Source: an uncultured Alphaproteobacteria bacterium
GTDB taxonomy: Bacteria; Pseudomonadota; Alphaproteobacteria; MPNO01; DASWLB01
DNA: 64,000 nucleotides
Assembly (NCBI GenBank): GCA_963775315.1
Contig: CAVZIN010000010.1
Location: 170,570-234,569 of the forward strand
Reading direction: 5' to 3'
This document shows, one piece after another, positions 29,086-39,863 of this stretch (position 1 is the first letter of the stretch; each line of letters opens with the position of its first letter). The position numbers and the translations under genes were made by a program. The notes below the pieces were generated by a model. That model was not told the origin of the DNA. It searched no databases and saw only the letters and a list, made by a program, of their open reading frames with translations.

Positions 29086-32000
29086 TCATACCCCGATTGG
29101 TTCTTGACCAGCTCGAACAGTGCCTGCGTCGCCGCGCGGTTGCGATCGAGTAGTGGGAATAGCGCGTTCAGCACCTGCACTTCCCGAGCGTGGTCGCCCT
29201 TCCAACCGGCCGGCGCCTGCTCCCGCATCACGCGGTCGATCTCCAGGGCCAGCTTCGCGAGCTCCATGTCCTCGGGTTGAGGTTTGGCCGTGCCCGATGG
29301 TGCGCCCTTGGCGGCGGCGAGGATTTGCGGAAGGTTGCGGTAGATGACAATCGCCTCCCGGTTGCCGTGAAGTACGGCGGGAACATCCACTTCGGGTTGT
29401 TTCGCTGCCAGCCGCTTGGCCAGGGCCTCCGCCTTGCGCAGGAACTCTTCGTAGGCCGCCGCTTCCGCGCGGCTCTGCTTGATCAGGTCATCGAGCAGCG
29501 TCGACATCTCGGCATAGAAGCGCGGGTCCGTGAGCTGCTCCCGGATAATGGTCTTGCGGACGTTGTTGATGATCCCCTCGGCAATGGCATTGCGCGACAG
29601 CTTGCCCTTCTCGTTGAGCTTCTTAGCGATCGCATCGTGGATCCCGGTCTGGATGATCAGTTCCGTCAACGAGAGGTCGCTGAGGTCGCCCTGCTGCGCC
29701 GCAGGGTCGGCCTGTACGTAGGTATTGAGCAGGTGGCGCATATCCGCCTCGAAGGGCTTGATGTCCAGCTCCTCGCCCGAGTGCTTCTTGATGGCCGCGC
29801 GGAGGTCGCTGTAGAACGCCACTTCCTGCTTGATGGCATCCGCCTCGGGTTCGGAGTAACCCGCCTTGACCAACTCGCCCGCCATTTCGGAGTAGGCGCG
29901 CACGAAACTTGCGACGGCTTTGTAGAAGGAGATCCGCAACGGCTCGGTGTCACTGAGCGCCTTCGGATCGGCGGCGTCGCCGCAGAAGTAGCGCAGGAAG
30001 TGCTCAACCTCGCGCGGTGGCGGAACTGGCTCGCACAGGTGCCGCAAGGCTTCGCCCGCCAGATCGAGCTGCTTGCGCCCTTCTTTGATCCAGTCTTTGA
30101 GTTCGACGTTGTTGCTCGTGCCGCCCTCGTCGATGTCCAGCTCGTCCGAGCTGTAGACAGCGATGGCCTCCTGCACGTTCTTGAATAGCTCCTTGAAGTC
30201 AACGATGTGCCCGTAATCCTTGTCGTCGCCGTCCAGGCGGTTGGTGCGGCAGATCGCCTGGAACAGGTTGTGGTCGTGCAACTCGTTGTCCAGGTAGATA
30301 TATGTGCAGCTCGGCGCGTCGAAGCCCGTGAGCAGCTTGCTCACCACGATCACGAGCTTCGTGTTGGCAGGCTCCTCGATGAAGCGGCGCTTGATTTCGG
30401 TCTCGTACGTTTCGGTCGTAGAGCCTCCAAGGATGTGGTCCGTGTAGGAGTCGTATTTGTATCGCTCGTCGCTGTTGACCGGCTCGCGCGAGATGGCGTT
30501 GTGGTTCGGCTCATACGACGTGACGATGCCGACATAAGGGCCAAAGGACGTGTTCTGGAACAGCCGGAAGTAGTGACAGGCGTCGTAGATGCTGGCCGCC
30601 ACCAGGATCGCTGTGCCGCGGTCACTGTTGAGTCGCGGCTTGAGGCTGAAATCCTCGATGATGCTGGCGACGATGCGCTGCTTGCGCTCCTGGGCGTTCA
30701 TCAGCTTCTCCAGCGTGGCCCAGCGCTTGCGCACCACGGCCTTCTGGAAATTGTTGAGACCCTTGGTCTTCTCCTCGAACCATGCATCGATAGTTGCGCG
30801 TGAGCCGAGCCGCTGCGGCACATCGCGGGCTTCGTACTTGAGATCGAGAATTACTCGGTCGGCCACGCCCTCGTGAAACTTGTAGGTGTGGATGTAGGTG
30901 CCGAACACCTCGCGCGTGGTCTGCTTGTCCTTGCGCAACAGCGGCGTGCCGGTGAAACCGACGAACAGCGCGCTCCCCAGCCATCGCTTCATCTGCCGGT
31001 TCATGTCGCCGCCCTGTGTGCGGTGGCACTCGTCCACGAAGACGTGGAACCGTCCGTGCACGGGCGGCGGATCGCCTTCGAGGTCCGCGGGGTCGAACTT
31101 GTGCACCAGCGCGCACAGGAGGCGCGGCGTGGTGGCGCCCAGCTTCGCCACGAACTCCGCGCGGGAGGTGATGCGCGGCGAGGGCGAGTTCTCGCCGACC
31201 ACCCCGGCGTTCTTCATGACGCCCTCGATCTGCTTGTCCAACTCGTCGCGGTCGGTGACGATCAGGATGCGCCCCTCGGGATCGTGCTCCAGGATCCACT
31301 TCGCCAGCATCACCATCAGGATGCTCTTGCCGCTGCCCTGGGTGTGCCAGATCACGCCACCCTCGCGGCGGCGGATGCGCTCCTGCGCGGCCTTCAGCCC
31401 CACGTACTGGTGCGGGCGCGGCACCTTCTTCTGGCCGGCATCGAAGATGATGCAGTTGCGGATCAGGTCCAGCAGCCGAGCCTTGCCGCACATCTGCGCC
31501 AGCGGCCGGTCCAGCAGGCTGCCGCGCTCGATGGCTGAGCTGCCCGTCTCGTCCTTCCACTCGACGAAGAGCGTCTCCGGCGTGCCCGTGGTGCCGTAGC
31601 GCAAGCCCTGCGAAGTCGCTGCCCGCGAAAACGAGCTGCACCGTACTGAAGAACGGCTTGTTGAAGATCTCTTCCTGGTTGGTGATGAGCTGGCGCACGC
31701 CATCCCCCACCTCCACCGAGCTTCGCTTGAGTTCGATCACGCCGACCGCGATCCCGTTGAGATACAGCACCACATCTGGCCGTCGCTCGTGGCCGCCGCG
31801 GAGCGTCACCTCCTCCGCCAGCGCGAAGTCGTTCGCCTCGGGATGCTCCCAGTCCACCAGGTGCACCGTCTGGTACGCCTGCCCGGCCGCGGTCTGCACC
31901 GGCGCGCCATAACGTAGCAACTGGTAGGTGCGCAGGTTCGCCTGGTAGAGCGTGATGCCAGTTGAATCTGCGGCCGTTTCCAGCTTTTGCAGCGCGGCGG

Positions 32001-32193
32001 AAATCTGCGCGTCGGTGTAGCCGCGTGCGCTCAAGTTGGCCCGCAGCAGCTCGGTCTCGATGCTGCGGTTGTTAGCCCGGTCGCTCCAGTCGCCCAGGTA
32101 GCGATAGCCCAAATTGTTGGGACGCGCAGGGTCCGCGAAAAGGGCGACGATGCGCCTCTGCGTCTTGCGTTCGGACCGAGGTTCTTCAGGCAT
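29082..32193 (-). pseudogene. hsdR: Type I restriction enzyme R subunit, single frameshift near 31614 (or a sequence error)
   Basis: The N-terminal 193 aa are in one frame (..[11 protein letters not shown]). The rest is in another ([13 protein letters not shown]...), with GSGKS, DECH, TGTP and QAICRTNR helicase motifs. One extra nt lies between the codons at 31615-17 and 31611-13. Confidence 0.8.
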
Positions 32194-34150
32194 GGACGGT
32201 CTCTACGAGGACCTCCCGTTCCACATAGCGCCGGAACGAGGCGGCATCGGTAAAGCATTTGAAGCCTGCCTGGCTGGCGATCGTTATGGTGGCGGCCTCC
32301 TCGTTGAGGAGAACAGCTACCGGCTCGCTCAGCTCCTCCTGGATCCCGTTGGGCCATGCGAGATCGAACACCGCCACTTGCGTGCCCGTCGCCGGGTCCG
32401 AGAAATCGTAGGACATTTCTCCGCGGGGCAGGCCTTTTGACTCGACCCAGTCGTTCAGACCTTCCAGTTCAGCCTCCTCGGCCTCGCTGGCAATACCCCC
32501 AACCACACTTGTCGGTGCTACGGGTACGGTAGCTGCCACGGCCAGCCAACGCAGATCACCATGGAGCAGCTCCTCCATCCGCTTGTTCAGCTCATCGGCC
32601 AGAAGGACTTTGCGCGCTTCAAGGAAGTCGCGGAAGCGGTCGATCTTCCACAGTTCCTCATCGGCAGGAATCCATTGCGAAGCCAAAGCGCCCGGATGCG
32701 CCTTTTCCACCTTCGGGAAATACTCCTCGGGCAGACGGTCCCGGATGTCCAGGTTGGTATCCTTGGTGAGGAAGCAGAAGTTGGCGAGGGCGTTCACCTC
32801 CGGGCGCTTGTACCTGCGCTTATAGAGCTGCGCCTTCGGGAAGATGTGGTGCACTTCGAGCCGGCTCATCTTCCCGAGCAGGTTGGCCTTGAGCGGCAAT
32901 CCGGTTCCCCAGTCCCGGGCCGCGCCCATGCGGGTCAACAGGTAGAGCACGGGGTAGAACCGAGCTCCCAAGCTCCAGCCGGTGAAGTGACCTGCTTCGG
33001 CACGCAGGCCACCGTGCCAGAGCCGCAACTGCTCCAGCAGTTTGTCCAGGCCGCCATCGTCCCCGTCCAGGGCGGCGAGGTCCTGATCGATGAAGGATTC
33101 GGTCGAACCGGAAAAGCGGCCCCACATGGCCGCCTGCACGTACCAGAAAAGGAGCTTGTCGCGCTCCTTCTCACCTAATGGGCCGAGCTTCTTGGCCTGC
33201 CGCTGATCGAGGTAGCGCGCGATCACCGGGACCGCGAAGCGACCGAAAAACACCTGGTCGTGATCCAATCCCAAGCGCCCACCGATCAAATTGAGGCTGG
33301 TGTCAATGTGCCTGATCGCCCGCGTCAGGGCATCCTGAACCTCAGCGGCCGACTTCTCGTGGAGATATTGGAACTTGGCTTCGCCCGTCAGCACGGTATT
33401 AACTGAGCGCAACAGCCAGTCGAGGTTGAACCGATAATCTGCCTTGGTCCATTCCTTCAGCTTCGCCTTCATGGCGTCGCGGCCTTCGGGCCAGTCCGCG
33501 CAGATTTTGGCGAGCGCCAGGTCGCCCTTCGAAAGCTTGGTGCCGCCGCTGTTGACCTTGTTGAAGATGTCGACCACCACGTCCAACGACTTGTCGGCGC
33601 CGGTCACTTCCTCGATGTGCAGGTCGATCTCGACGATGCCGAGCAGGCGGCTAAGGCGCCCGACATAGTCGCCTACCTTGGCCGCGAGCGCCGGCTGGGA
33701 CGATAAGCGGGCGATGAACTCCCCCAAACCAGCCGTTCCCGTGCGCATCAGCTCGGTAACGTCAATCCATAGCGGATCATCCTTCATCTTGACCGGTTGG
33801 TAGAACTCGAAGACTTCACTCTCCAGGTGGAACCGCAGGCCGGTAAATGCCTGCGCGTTTCCATCGAAAAACTTTGGCGGCTTGCCACGCTCCACGCCGT
33901 AGAGCGTAGTCATACGCTGCTGGCCGTCGAGCAACAGCTTGACGACGCCGGCCGCCAACGCGCCGTCGCCGCGATGGGCCGCGGTTTTGGATTCCGTCGC
34001 CCATACGAGGAGACCCCCAACCGGGTGACACCGGTAGAGCGAATCGAATAGCCCACGCACCTGGTCCCGATTCCAGACATAGCCGCGTTGGAACTCGGGC
34101 AGGGCCATGTGGCCGCTGTCGATGTGGTCGAGGATCGTGGAGATCTTCAT
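32186..34150 (-). CDS. GmrSD-like type IV restriction enzyme (DUF262 ParB-like NTPase + DUF1524 His-Me/HNH nuclease)
   Basis: [11 protein letters not shown] and [11 protein letters not shown] in the N-terminal domain. LEVHHIFPK...[10 protein letters not shown] in the C-terminal domain. Overlaps hsdS (ATGA) and hsdR (8 nt). Confidence 0.85.
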   Translation of the reverse strand: MKISTILDHIDSGHMALPEFQRGYVWNRDQVRGLFDSLYRCHPVGGLLVWATESKTAAHRGDGALAAGVVKLLLDGQQRMTTLYGVERGKPPKFFDGNAQAFTGLRFHLESEVFEFYQPVKMKDDPLWIDVTELMRTGTAGLGEFIARLSSQPALAAKVGDYVGRLSRLLGIVEIDLHIEEVTGADKSLDVVVDIFNKVNSGGTKLSKGDLALAKICADWPEGRDAMKAKLKEWTKADYRFNLDWLLRSVNTVLTGEAKFQYLHEKSAAEVQDALTRAIRHIDTSLNLIGGRLGLDHDQVFFGRFAVPVIARYLDQRQAKKLGPLGEKERDKLLFWYVQAAMWGRFSGSTESFIDQDLAALDGDDGGLDKLLEQLRLWHGGLRAEAGHFTGWSLGARFYPVLYLLTRMGAARDWGTGLPLKANLLGKMSRLEVHHIFPKAQLYKRRYKRPEVNALANFCFLTKDTNLDIRDRLPEEYFPKVEKAHPGALASQWIPADEELWKIDRFRDFLEARKVLLADELNKRMEELLHGDLRWLAVAATVPVAPTSVVGGIASEAEEAELEGLNDWVESKGLPRGEMSYDFSDPATGTQVAVFDLAWPNGIQEELSEPVAVLLNEEAATITIASQAGFKCFTDAASFRRYVEREVLVETVHA

Positions 34151-35412
34151 ACCAACCGCGCCCTCCCTGTGAGCAGTTCCTGCATCATCGCCTGCTTCAG
34201 GTCGCGGGTCTTCGCGCGGCGGGCTTCGAGGAGGTCGATCTCGGCGTCCATGTCCGAAAGAACTGTAGCGATAGCAGTCTGTTCAGCGACCGAAGGAATC
34301 ACTAGTGATAGTGCCATGAGGTCGCGCCCATACAAATGGTGAATTGTGATGCCTTGTGCGAGCTCAGCAATGGCTCGCCGTTTCGTCTCGGTAAGGTAAC
34401 TCGCCAAGAAAGCAGGATCGAGGCGACCGCTGTTGCGTCGGATAATGTTGATATCGCCGCCCAGCAACACACCATTCATCATCAATGCCGTAGCAGTCGC
34501 GAGATCTATTCCGGTCGTCGTGGTTGAGCTAGGCATCAAAACATCGCCCAATTTAGAAGGCACGCCTTCATCGCTGTCCGTCTGGCTAACCACGGAAGTA
34601 ATGGCAAGGCCATAGGTTGTGAACAGCTCGCCATAGAGGATGCAGGGATTCTTCCCGGAAGCGGAGAGCGCCGAGCGAGATAGGCCCCTCCCTTTCAGAA
34701 CATCTGCGACGTCCCGCAATCGCTTCACCTCCCACTCCCCGCTGAAACCAGGAAGGCGTGTTTGGCCGGTAAGGAGTTGCTGCATGGCGGCCTGCTTGAG
34801 GTTTCGCTTCTTGGCGAGGAGACTGTCCAGGGCGCTCAGTAGCGCGTCCACATCGCTCAACGCACCCGCGATGGCACGCTGTTCTGGCAAATTCGGGACA
34901 GAGAACCGAATGGCGCGAAGGCGCCCGAGATTGAAACCCGGCACTGAGGTGCCGATACTGTGGATGCTGATTTGTTTTTGAAACGCTGCGCCGGAAAACA
35001 GATAGAAAAGGAATAAGCTATCCGCCTTGCTCGGATCGGGGGTCAATTTCATCTGCTTATTCGAGATGATGTATTGCGGATACCGAGCCTTGTGGCTAAT
35101 CAGCCCGACCTGATTTATTGTTCCCCAGCAGGTAAATACGAGGTCGCCCGTTACAACCGCAGAGCGACGAAACTCGGCGGCCTTCTCTTTTGACAGAAAA
35201 ACGAGGCCGTCATCGATCAGGCACGTTTGCCCGTCATTTGAGAGATTACTTCCGCGGATTACCGGCACTCCGGCTTCCTGAAAGAACCGCGATCCGATGC
35301 TTGAGCCGAACGGCCCTGTCGAAAGAGCGAACTCGTCGCTGGCCTTGAGATCGTCAACAGTTACCTCCCTCCAGGCCTGACGGTGATCGTGCGACACAGG
35401 AGTTAGTTCCAT
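34147..35412 (-). CDS. hsdS: Type I restriction-modification specificity subunit
   Basis: Two target-recognition halves, each followed by a conserved helical spacer (..LLAKKRNLKQAAMQQLLTGQ.. and ..LLEARRAKTRDLKQAMMQELLTGR..). Start MELTPV at 35412 overlaps the hsdM end by 10 nt. Confidence 0.85.
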   Translation of the reverse strand: MELTPVSHDHRQAWREVTVDDLKASDEFALSTGPFGSSIGSRFFQEAGVPVIRGSNLSNDGQTCLIDDGLVFLSKEKAAEFRRSAVVTGDLVFTCWGTINQVGLISHKARYPQYIISNKQMKLTPDPSKADSLFLFYLFSGAAFQKQISIHSIGTSVPGFNLGRLRAIRFSVPNLPEQRAIAGALSDVDALLSALDSLLAKKRNLKQAAMQQLLTGQTRLPGFSGEWEVKRLRDVADVLKGRGLSRSALSASGKNPCILYGELFTTYGLAITSVVSQTDSDEGVPSKLGDVLMPSSTTTTGIDLATATALMMNGVLLGGDINIIRRNSGRLDPAFLASYLTETKRRAIAELAQGITIHHLYGRDLMALSLVIPSVAEQTAIATVLSDMDAEIDLLEARRAKTRDLKQAMMQELLTGRARLV

Positions 35413-37883
35413 ACCGCACCGATCCTCTTTAGGTGCTCGTCCACCCGCGCGGCAAGTGCGGCCACCTCGTCGGTGAGCTTGGGCAGAGGCGTTGCGTAGC
35501 GTTCGGCCAATTGACGGATGCGGCCGGTGAGGGTCTGCGAAACGCGATCGAGTTCGCCCTGCACGGCAGCGGTGAGCGCGGCCAGCCACTTGTCGTCCGC
35601 CACCAGCGACTTGATTTCGTCCTCGGTGAGCTTGGGATACTTGGCGTGCAGCTTGGCGTCGAGGTCCTCCCGCGCCTGCTTGAGGTCGGCCTTGCTCTCG
35701 TCCTGCTGGTCGAGCAGCGCCTTGTATCCTTTCAGCGCCTTGACCTCGTCGGCGTAATCTGGGTCCTTGCCGATCTCCTTTAGGCGTGCCTTGATGGCCT
35801 TGGCGGTGATTTTCTGCTTGTCGCCCTCGCCTTCGATGACTTCTGCGAGCAGCCCCTCCTCCCCGCCCTGGTCCTCCCGCAGCTCGTCGAGCTTCTGCTC
35901 GGTGGCGGCGACTTCCGCCTCCAGGTCCTCGATGGTCTTGCGTTCGGCGTCGAAGTAGCGGGCGATCATGAGCGTCGCGGGAATGAGGTCCGATTTGAAG
36001 CGGCGCCTGCCAATCTCGTAGTCGTGCGTCTCGGGCCAGGCGAGCTTGTTGCTCTTGTCCTTCACCTTGACGATCTCGCGCGTCTGGGCACCGGCCTTCC
36101 AGCCGTCGGCGGCGATCAGGTAGGCGTCGTCCTGCATCGTCGCATTCCAGTAGTTCATCAGATGCTGATAGACGTCATAGGCGTCGAGCAGCGGCGCGGC
36201 GCGGAAAGTGGCGAGCAGGTCCTCGGCGATCTGCTCGATGAGCTGCTTGGGAAGGCTGTCGCGATCGAAGCCATTGAGTTGCGGGAGGTTGGCGACCTTC
36301 CAGCGGTCGAATATCTCGTTGACCGTGGCGACGAAGGCGGTGAACTCGGCGTGGCCGAAGATTGCGGCCTTGACTTCGGTGATCGGCAGCTTCGGGCGCG
36401 CGTAGCCGGCGCGGCCGGCGGACTCGAACAGCGCCGCGCGCACGCCGGGTATCACCTGCCAATAGTTGCCCAGGGCATCGAGGTCGCGCTCGGGAATGCC
36501 ACCCCGCAAGTGGCCGTCGATGTCCTGCAGGTCCTCGGGCTCCGTCGCGTCGATGTAGCGCGGCAGGTTAAGGTTCCAGTCGTTCTTCGGGTCCGTAATC
36601 TCCTCGAACGGCACCATGCGCGCGTAGCGCGGCACGTCGCTTTGCTTGCGGAAGGTGTCCACGATGCGGTGGATGTCCTGCTCGCGCAGCCGGTTCTTGG
36701 GGCCATCCTTGATGTAGCCGCGGCTGGCGTCGATCAGGAAGATGCCCTTGCGCGCCTGTGCGTTCTCCTTATCCAGCACGAGGATGCAGGCGGGGATGCC
36801 CGTGCCATAGAACAGGTTCGCGGGCAGGCCGATGATGCCCTTGAGGATGCCGCTCTCGATGAGCTTTCGTCGGATGGCGGCCTCAGCGCCGCCGCGGAAC
36901 AGGACTCCGTGCGGCAGGATACAGGCGCCCTTGCCCGTGCCCTTCATGCTGCGGACGATGTGCAGCAAATAGGCATAGTCGCCCTGCTTCTTCGGCGGCT
37001 CGCCCCAGGCGAAGCGCTGGAAGGCATCCTGCGCGGGGATTAGGCCCGTGCTCCAGGTCTTGTCCGAGAACGGCGGATTGGCGACGACGTAGTCGTAGGT
37101 GCGGAGCTTCTCGCCGTCCTTGAACTTGGGCGCGGCGAGCGTATTGCCCGGGAGGATGTTGGCCGTGGGGAAGTCGTGCAGGATCATGTTCATGCGGGCG
37201 AGGCCGGCCGTGGTCACGTCCCTTTCCTGCCCTTCTAGCGTGATGCGCTTGCCCGCCTCGGCGGCGACCTTGAGCAACAGCGAACCGGACCCGCAAGTGG
37301 GGTCATAGGCGGTAGTTGCGGCGATCGTGTTGTCCGGCGCGATGCCAATGACCTTGGCGATGACGCGGCTCACCTCAGCGGGCGTATAGAATTGCCCTTT
37401 GCTCTTCCCGCTCTGGGTAGCGAAGTGCCGCATCAGGTATTCGTAGGCATCGCCGAGGATGTCGTCGTGCTCGGCGCGGTTCTCCGAAAAATCGAGCGCG
37501 GGGCTTTCGAAGATGGCCACCAGGTTGCTCAGGCGCTGCACCATCGCATCGCCTTCGCCGAGCTTGTTCGGGTCGTTGAAGTCGGGGAAGTCGCTGCGCG
37601 CCAGGCGCTGGTTGGCGTCGATGAGCGGCTGAATCACTTGGGTGTTGATCTTGTCGCCGATGCCGGGATTGCCCTTCAGCGCCACCATGTCCTCGAAGCT
37701 CGCCCCCTTTGGAATGATGACGGGCGGCGCGAAATCGTCCGAGTCCGCATACTTGTCGGACACGTACTTGATGAACAGCATGAACAGGACGTAGTCCTTG
37801 TACTGGCTGGCATCCATGCCGCCGCGCAACTCGTCGCAAGACGCCCAAAGGGAGGAATAGAGGTCGGACTTTTTTATTGCCAT
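35403..37883 (-). CDS. hsdM: Type I restriction-modification N6-adenine DNA methyltransferase subunit, long form with a coiled-coil C-terminal extension
   Basis: HsdM N-terminal domain. Motif I DPTCGSGSLL and motif IV VVANPPFS. 826 aa, with the last ~300 aa helical and charged. Confidence 0.9.
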   Translation of the reverse strand: MAIKKSDLYSSLWASCDELRGGMDASQYKDYVLFMLFIKYVSDKYADSDDFAPPVIIPKGASFEDMVALKGNPGIGDKINTQVIQPLIDANQRLARSDFPDFNDPNKLGEGDAMVQRLSNLVAIFESPALDFSENRAEHDDILGDAYEYLMRHFATQSGKSKGQFYTPAEVSRVIAKVIGIAPDNTIAATTAYDPTCGSGSLLLKVAAEAGKRITLEGQERDVTTAGLARMNMILHDFPTANILPGNTLAAPKFKDGEKLRTYDYVVANPPFSDKTWSTGLIPAQDAFQRFAWGEPPKKQGDYAYLLHIVRSMKGTGKGACILPHGVLFRGGAEAAIRRKLIESGILKGIIGLPANLFYGTGIPACILVLDKENAQARKGIFLIDASRGYIKDGPKNRLREQDIHRIVDTFRKQSDVPRYARMVPFEEITDPKNDWNLNLPRYIDATEPEDLQDIDGHLRGGIPERDLDALGNYWQVIPGVRAALFESAGRAGYARPKLPITEVKAAIFGHAEFTAFVATVNEIFDRWKVANLPQLNGFDRDSLPKQLIEQIAEDLLATFRAAPLLDAYDVYQHLMNYWNATMQDDAYLIAADGWKAGAQTREIVKVKDKSNKLAWPETHDYEIGRRRFKSDLIPATLMIARYFDAERKTIEDLEAEVAATEQKLDELREDQGGEEGLLAEVIEGEGDKQKITAKAIKARLKEIGKDPDYADEVKALKGYKALLDQQDESKADLKQAREDLDAKLHAKYPKLTEDEIKSLVADDKWLAALTAAVQGELDRVSQTLTGRIRQLAERYATPLPKLTDEVAALAARVDEHLKRIGAVWN

Positions 37884-38030
37884 TTGAGGCTGTCAAACTC
37901 CGTTTGAATTTTCGATATGAGCTTAGAGGCGGTTGTATAGCTTGTTCGGTGAGGTCGGTGCGCAGAGATGGGCCGGTCACCTCGATGCGGGCTGCGGACC
38001 AGCTACACTCGCCAATGCGCCGTCGGTCCC

Positions 38031-39794
38031 TTAGACCTGCTCCATCCCAATATACTGCTCTTCAGGGCTGCCGGCGGGGCGCAATGGCGCATCTGCAATC
38101 GCGTCCGGAAAAGTGACGTCAGGTATATCAGTGGCAGGGAAGCTCAAGCCCACTGCCACGGCCAAGCGATGAACGTCTGCAGCAACGCACAGCGCGTGGT
38201 CCAGATTTTCCGGAGGAGGCAAGGAGATGACGCGAACACCACCCCCTGCAGCGTTCTGCTCGCGCAGCCATAGATCCAAGCTCGCCGCGCTGTACATGTG
38301 GACGTCCGACGACACGCCGCCCCCGATGAAGAATAGGGGTAGGCCGCCAGTCCAACGCTCGCTCGTAGGATAGCGCTCTTTCTTGGTTCTCCAGATCACG
38401 GTGCGTTGGGCCAAGTCGAGGCGCCAGCGGAAGTAATTGGCCAAGGTCGCATCATGCCGAACCATCTGCCAAGGCTCGACCCCGAGCATCGAGACTTGTG
38501 CAGTGAATATCGGGCACCGCGCACCACCTGCTCCATTCTTGAACAGGTTGAAGCTGCAGCAGTCGACCGTCCCTCCGCCGACATCGACCATGGCGTAGAG
38601 CCCATCCTCAAGCATGGTCGAGCTCGCAAAGCCCGACACGGCCGCAGCAATTTCAGGGATCAGCGCCGCTCGCTCACGTTCCAGCAGTCTCGCCGGGTCG
38701 GACCGAACGCTGCTCAGGGCTTCCCTGACCGCGTCCAGGCTGACCTCTATCGAGCTTTCGACCAGACGCAACGCAGCGGCGCAACAGCGCCGGTATCGGC
38801 CACGAAGCGTCTCGTCAGCTAGCGAAGCGGCGGGAAAACCGAAATTGTAGGACCAGAGCAAGCGGCCCTTCCGGAAGGTTGCCGCGTGTTCCCACTTGAA
38901 CCAGCCTCTCGCCTGGCGGAGTTGCAGTGCCAAGAATGCGGACGCGGTCTCTTCGGCGGTTGCTGCCGGTTCTGCAAGCCACCGATCCGCATCCGACCGA
39001 ACCCCACGTCGCATCAGGTTGGACTTGATCGCGCATGTGACCATGGAGTGGGGCAATGGCGTGAGTGAGAAAATGCCATTCCGGTCCAGCCAAATTCGGG
39101 AAGCCCACAGGTACGGGTGATCCTCGGTGCGCGCGAAGGCGGGCACGGGAACAGCGTAGATCGGCGAACCGGCCTCGTAGGGCAGGCGGAGCGCGACCTT
39201 GGTGCTTGACGTGCCGAAGTCGAGTCCAACCAGGATCTCGATCGCCCGTGCCCCTCGATGGCCCGGGTCATCGCCTTCGACACCTTTCTTCAGGCGGACG
39301 GCCAGATCGGCTACTTCGGCACGTGCCGGGCGACATGTGGCAGCAGTCTCCTGCGACCTTCGCTCAATGGCGGCAGGCAGGCCCCTTATCTCCCGGTCAA
39401 GGCGTCGTTCCGCAGCCTCTCCATCAGGCCCTTCGACCGGCTTTGGCGGGTCGAAGACGACAGGCGGAGGGGGCGCAACCGATTTCGACTTCGGATGAGG
39501 TGAAGCCTCAGCGACGCGAGTTCGCTTGGCCGGCGGCGCAGGCGGAGGCTCGGGAGGAGCTTTGGAACGCGGTGCCGACGGCGTAGATTTAGTGCTGCGC
39601 TTTGGGCTTGTTGATCGCTTGTCGGAAGATCTTTGAGGGTGTTCCGGCGGGGACGCCTTGCGGGAACTATCCATCGGGGCGATGGCAGCGCGCGAAAGGG
39701 CCTCAGCTGCCGAGTCCTCGCGCGCAGCTGCCCGCTCGTCAACCTCCGATTCTGATCTCTCGAAAAGTCGCCTGAGCCATTTCGGAATCTGCAC
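38031..39794 (-). CDS. Divergent Hsp70/actin-fold (ASKHA) ATPase with a Pro/Lys/Ser-rich N-terminal tail
   Basis: GTG start with SD GGGAGG. Roughly the first 170 aa are low complexity. ASKHA phosphate-1 LVGLDFGTSSTKV, phosphate-2 MVDVGGGTVDC and adenosine-like FFIGGGVSS motifs. Confidence 0.7.
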   Translation of the reverse strand: MQIPKWLRRLFERSESEVDERAAAREDSAAEALSRAAIAPMDSSRKASPPEHPQRSSDKRSTSPKRSTKSTPSAPRSKAPPEPPPAPPAKRTRVAEASPHPKSKSVAPPPPVVFDPPKPVEGPDGEAAERRLDREIRGLPAAIERRSQETAATCRPARAEVADLAVRLKKGVEGDDPGHRGARAIEILVGLDFGTSSTKVALRLPYEAGSPIYAVPVPAFARTEDHPYLWASRIWLDRNGIFSLTPLPHSMVTCAIKSNLMRRGVRSDADRWLAEPAATAEETASAFLALQLRQARGWFKWEHAATFRKGRLLWSYNFGFPAASLADETLRGRYRRCCAAALRLVESSIEVSLDAVREALSSVRSDPARLLERERAALIPEIAAAVSGFASSTMLEDGLYAMVDVGGGTVDCCSFNLFKNGAGGARCPIFTAQVSMLGVEPWQMVRHDATLANYFRWRLDLAQRTVIWRTKKERYPTSERWTGGLPLFFIGGGVSSDVHMYSAASLDLWLREQNAAGGGVRVISLPPPENLDHALCVAADVHRLAVAVGLSFPATDIPDVTFPDAIADAPLRPAGSPEEQYIGMEQV

Positions 39795-39863
39795 CGGATG
39801 CCTCCCGTCCTTTTTTGTTCATTGAAAACAACCTCCGGACTGGGTGCAAGTTAATTTCGCTGG

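Noticed and set aside
34147-35412. Phase-variable hsdS shufflon driven by the nearby recombinases.
   Set aside because: There is only one hsdS gene. I saw no silent hsdS fragments or inverted repeats within or beside it.
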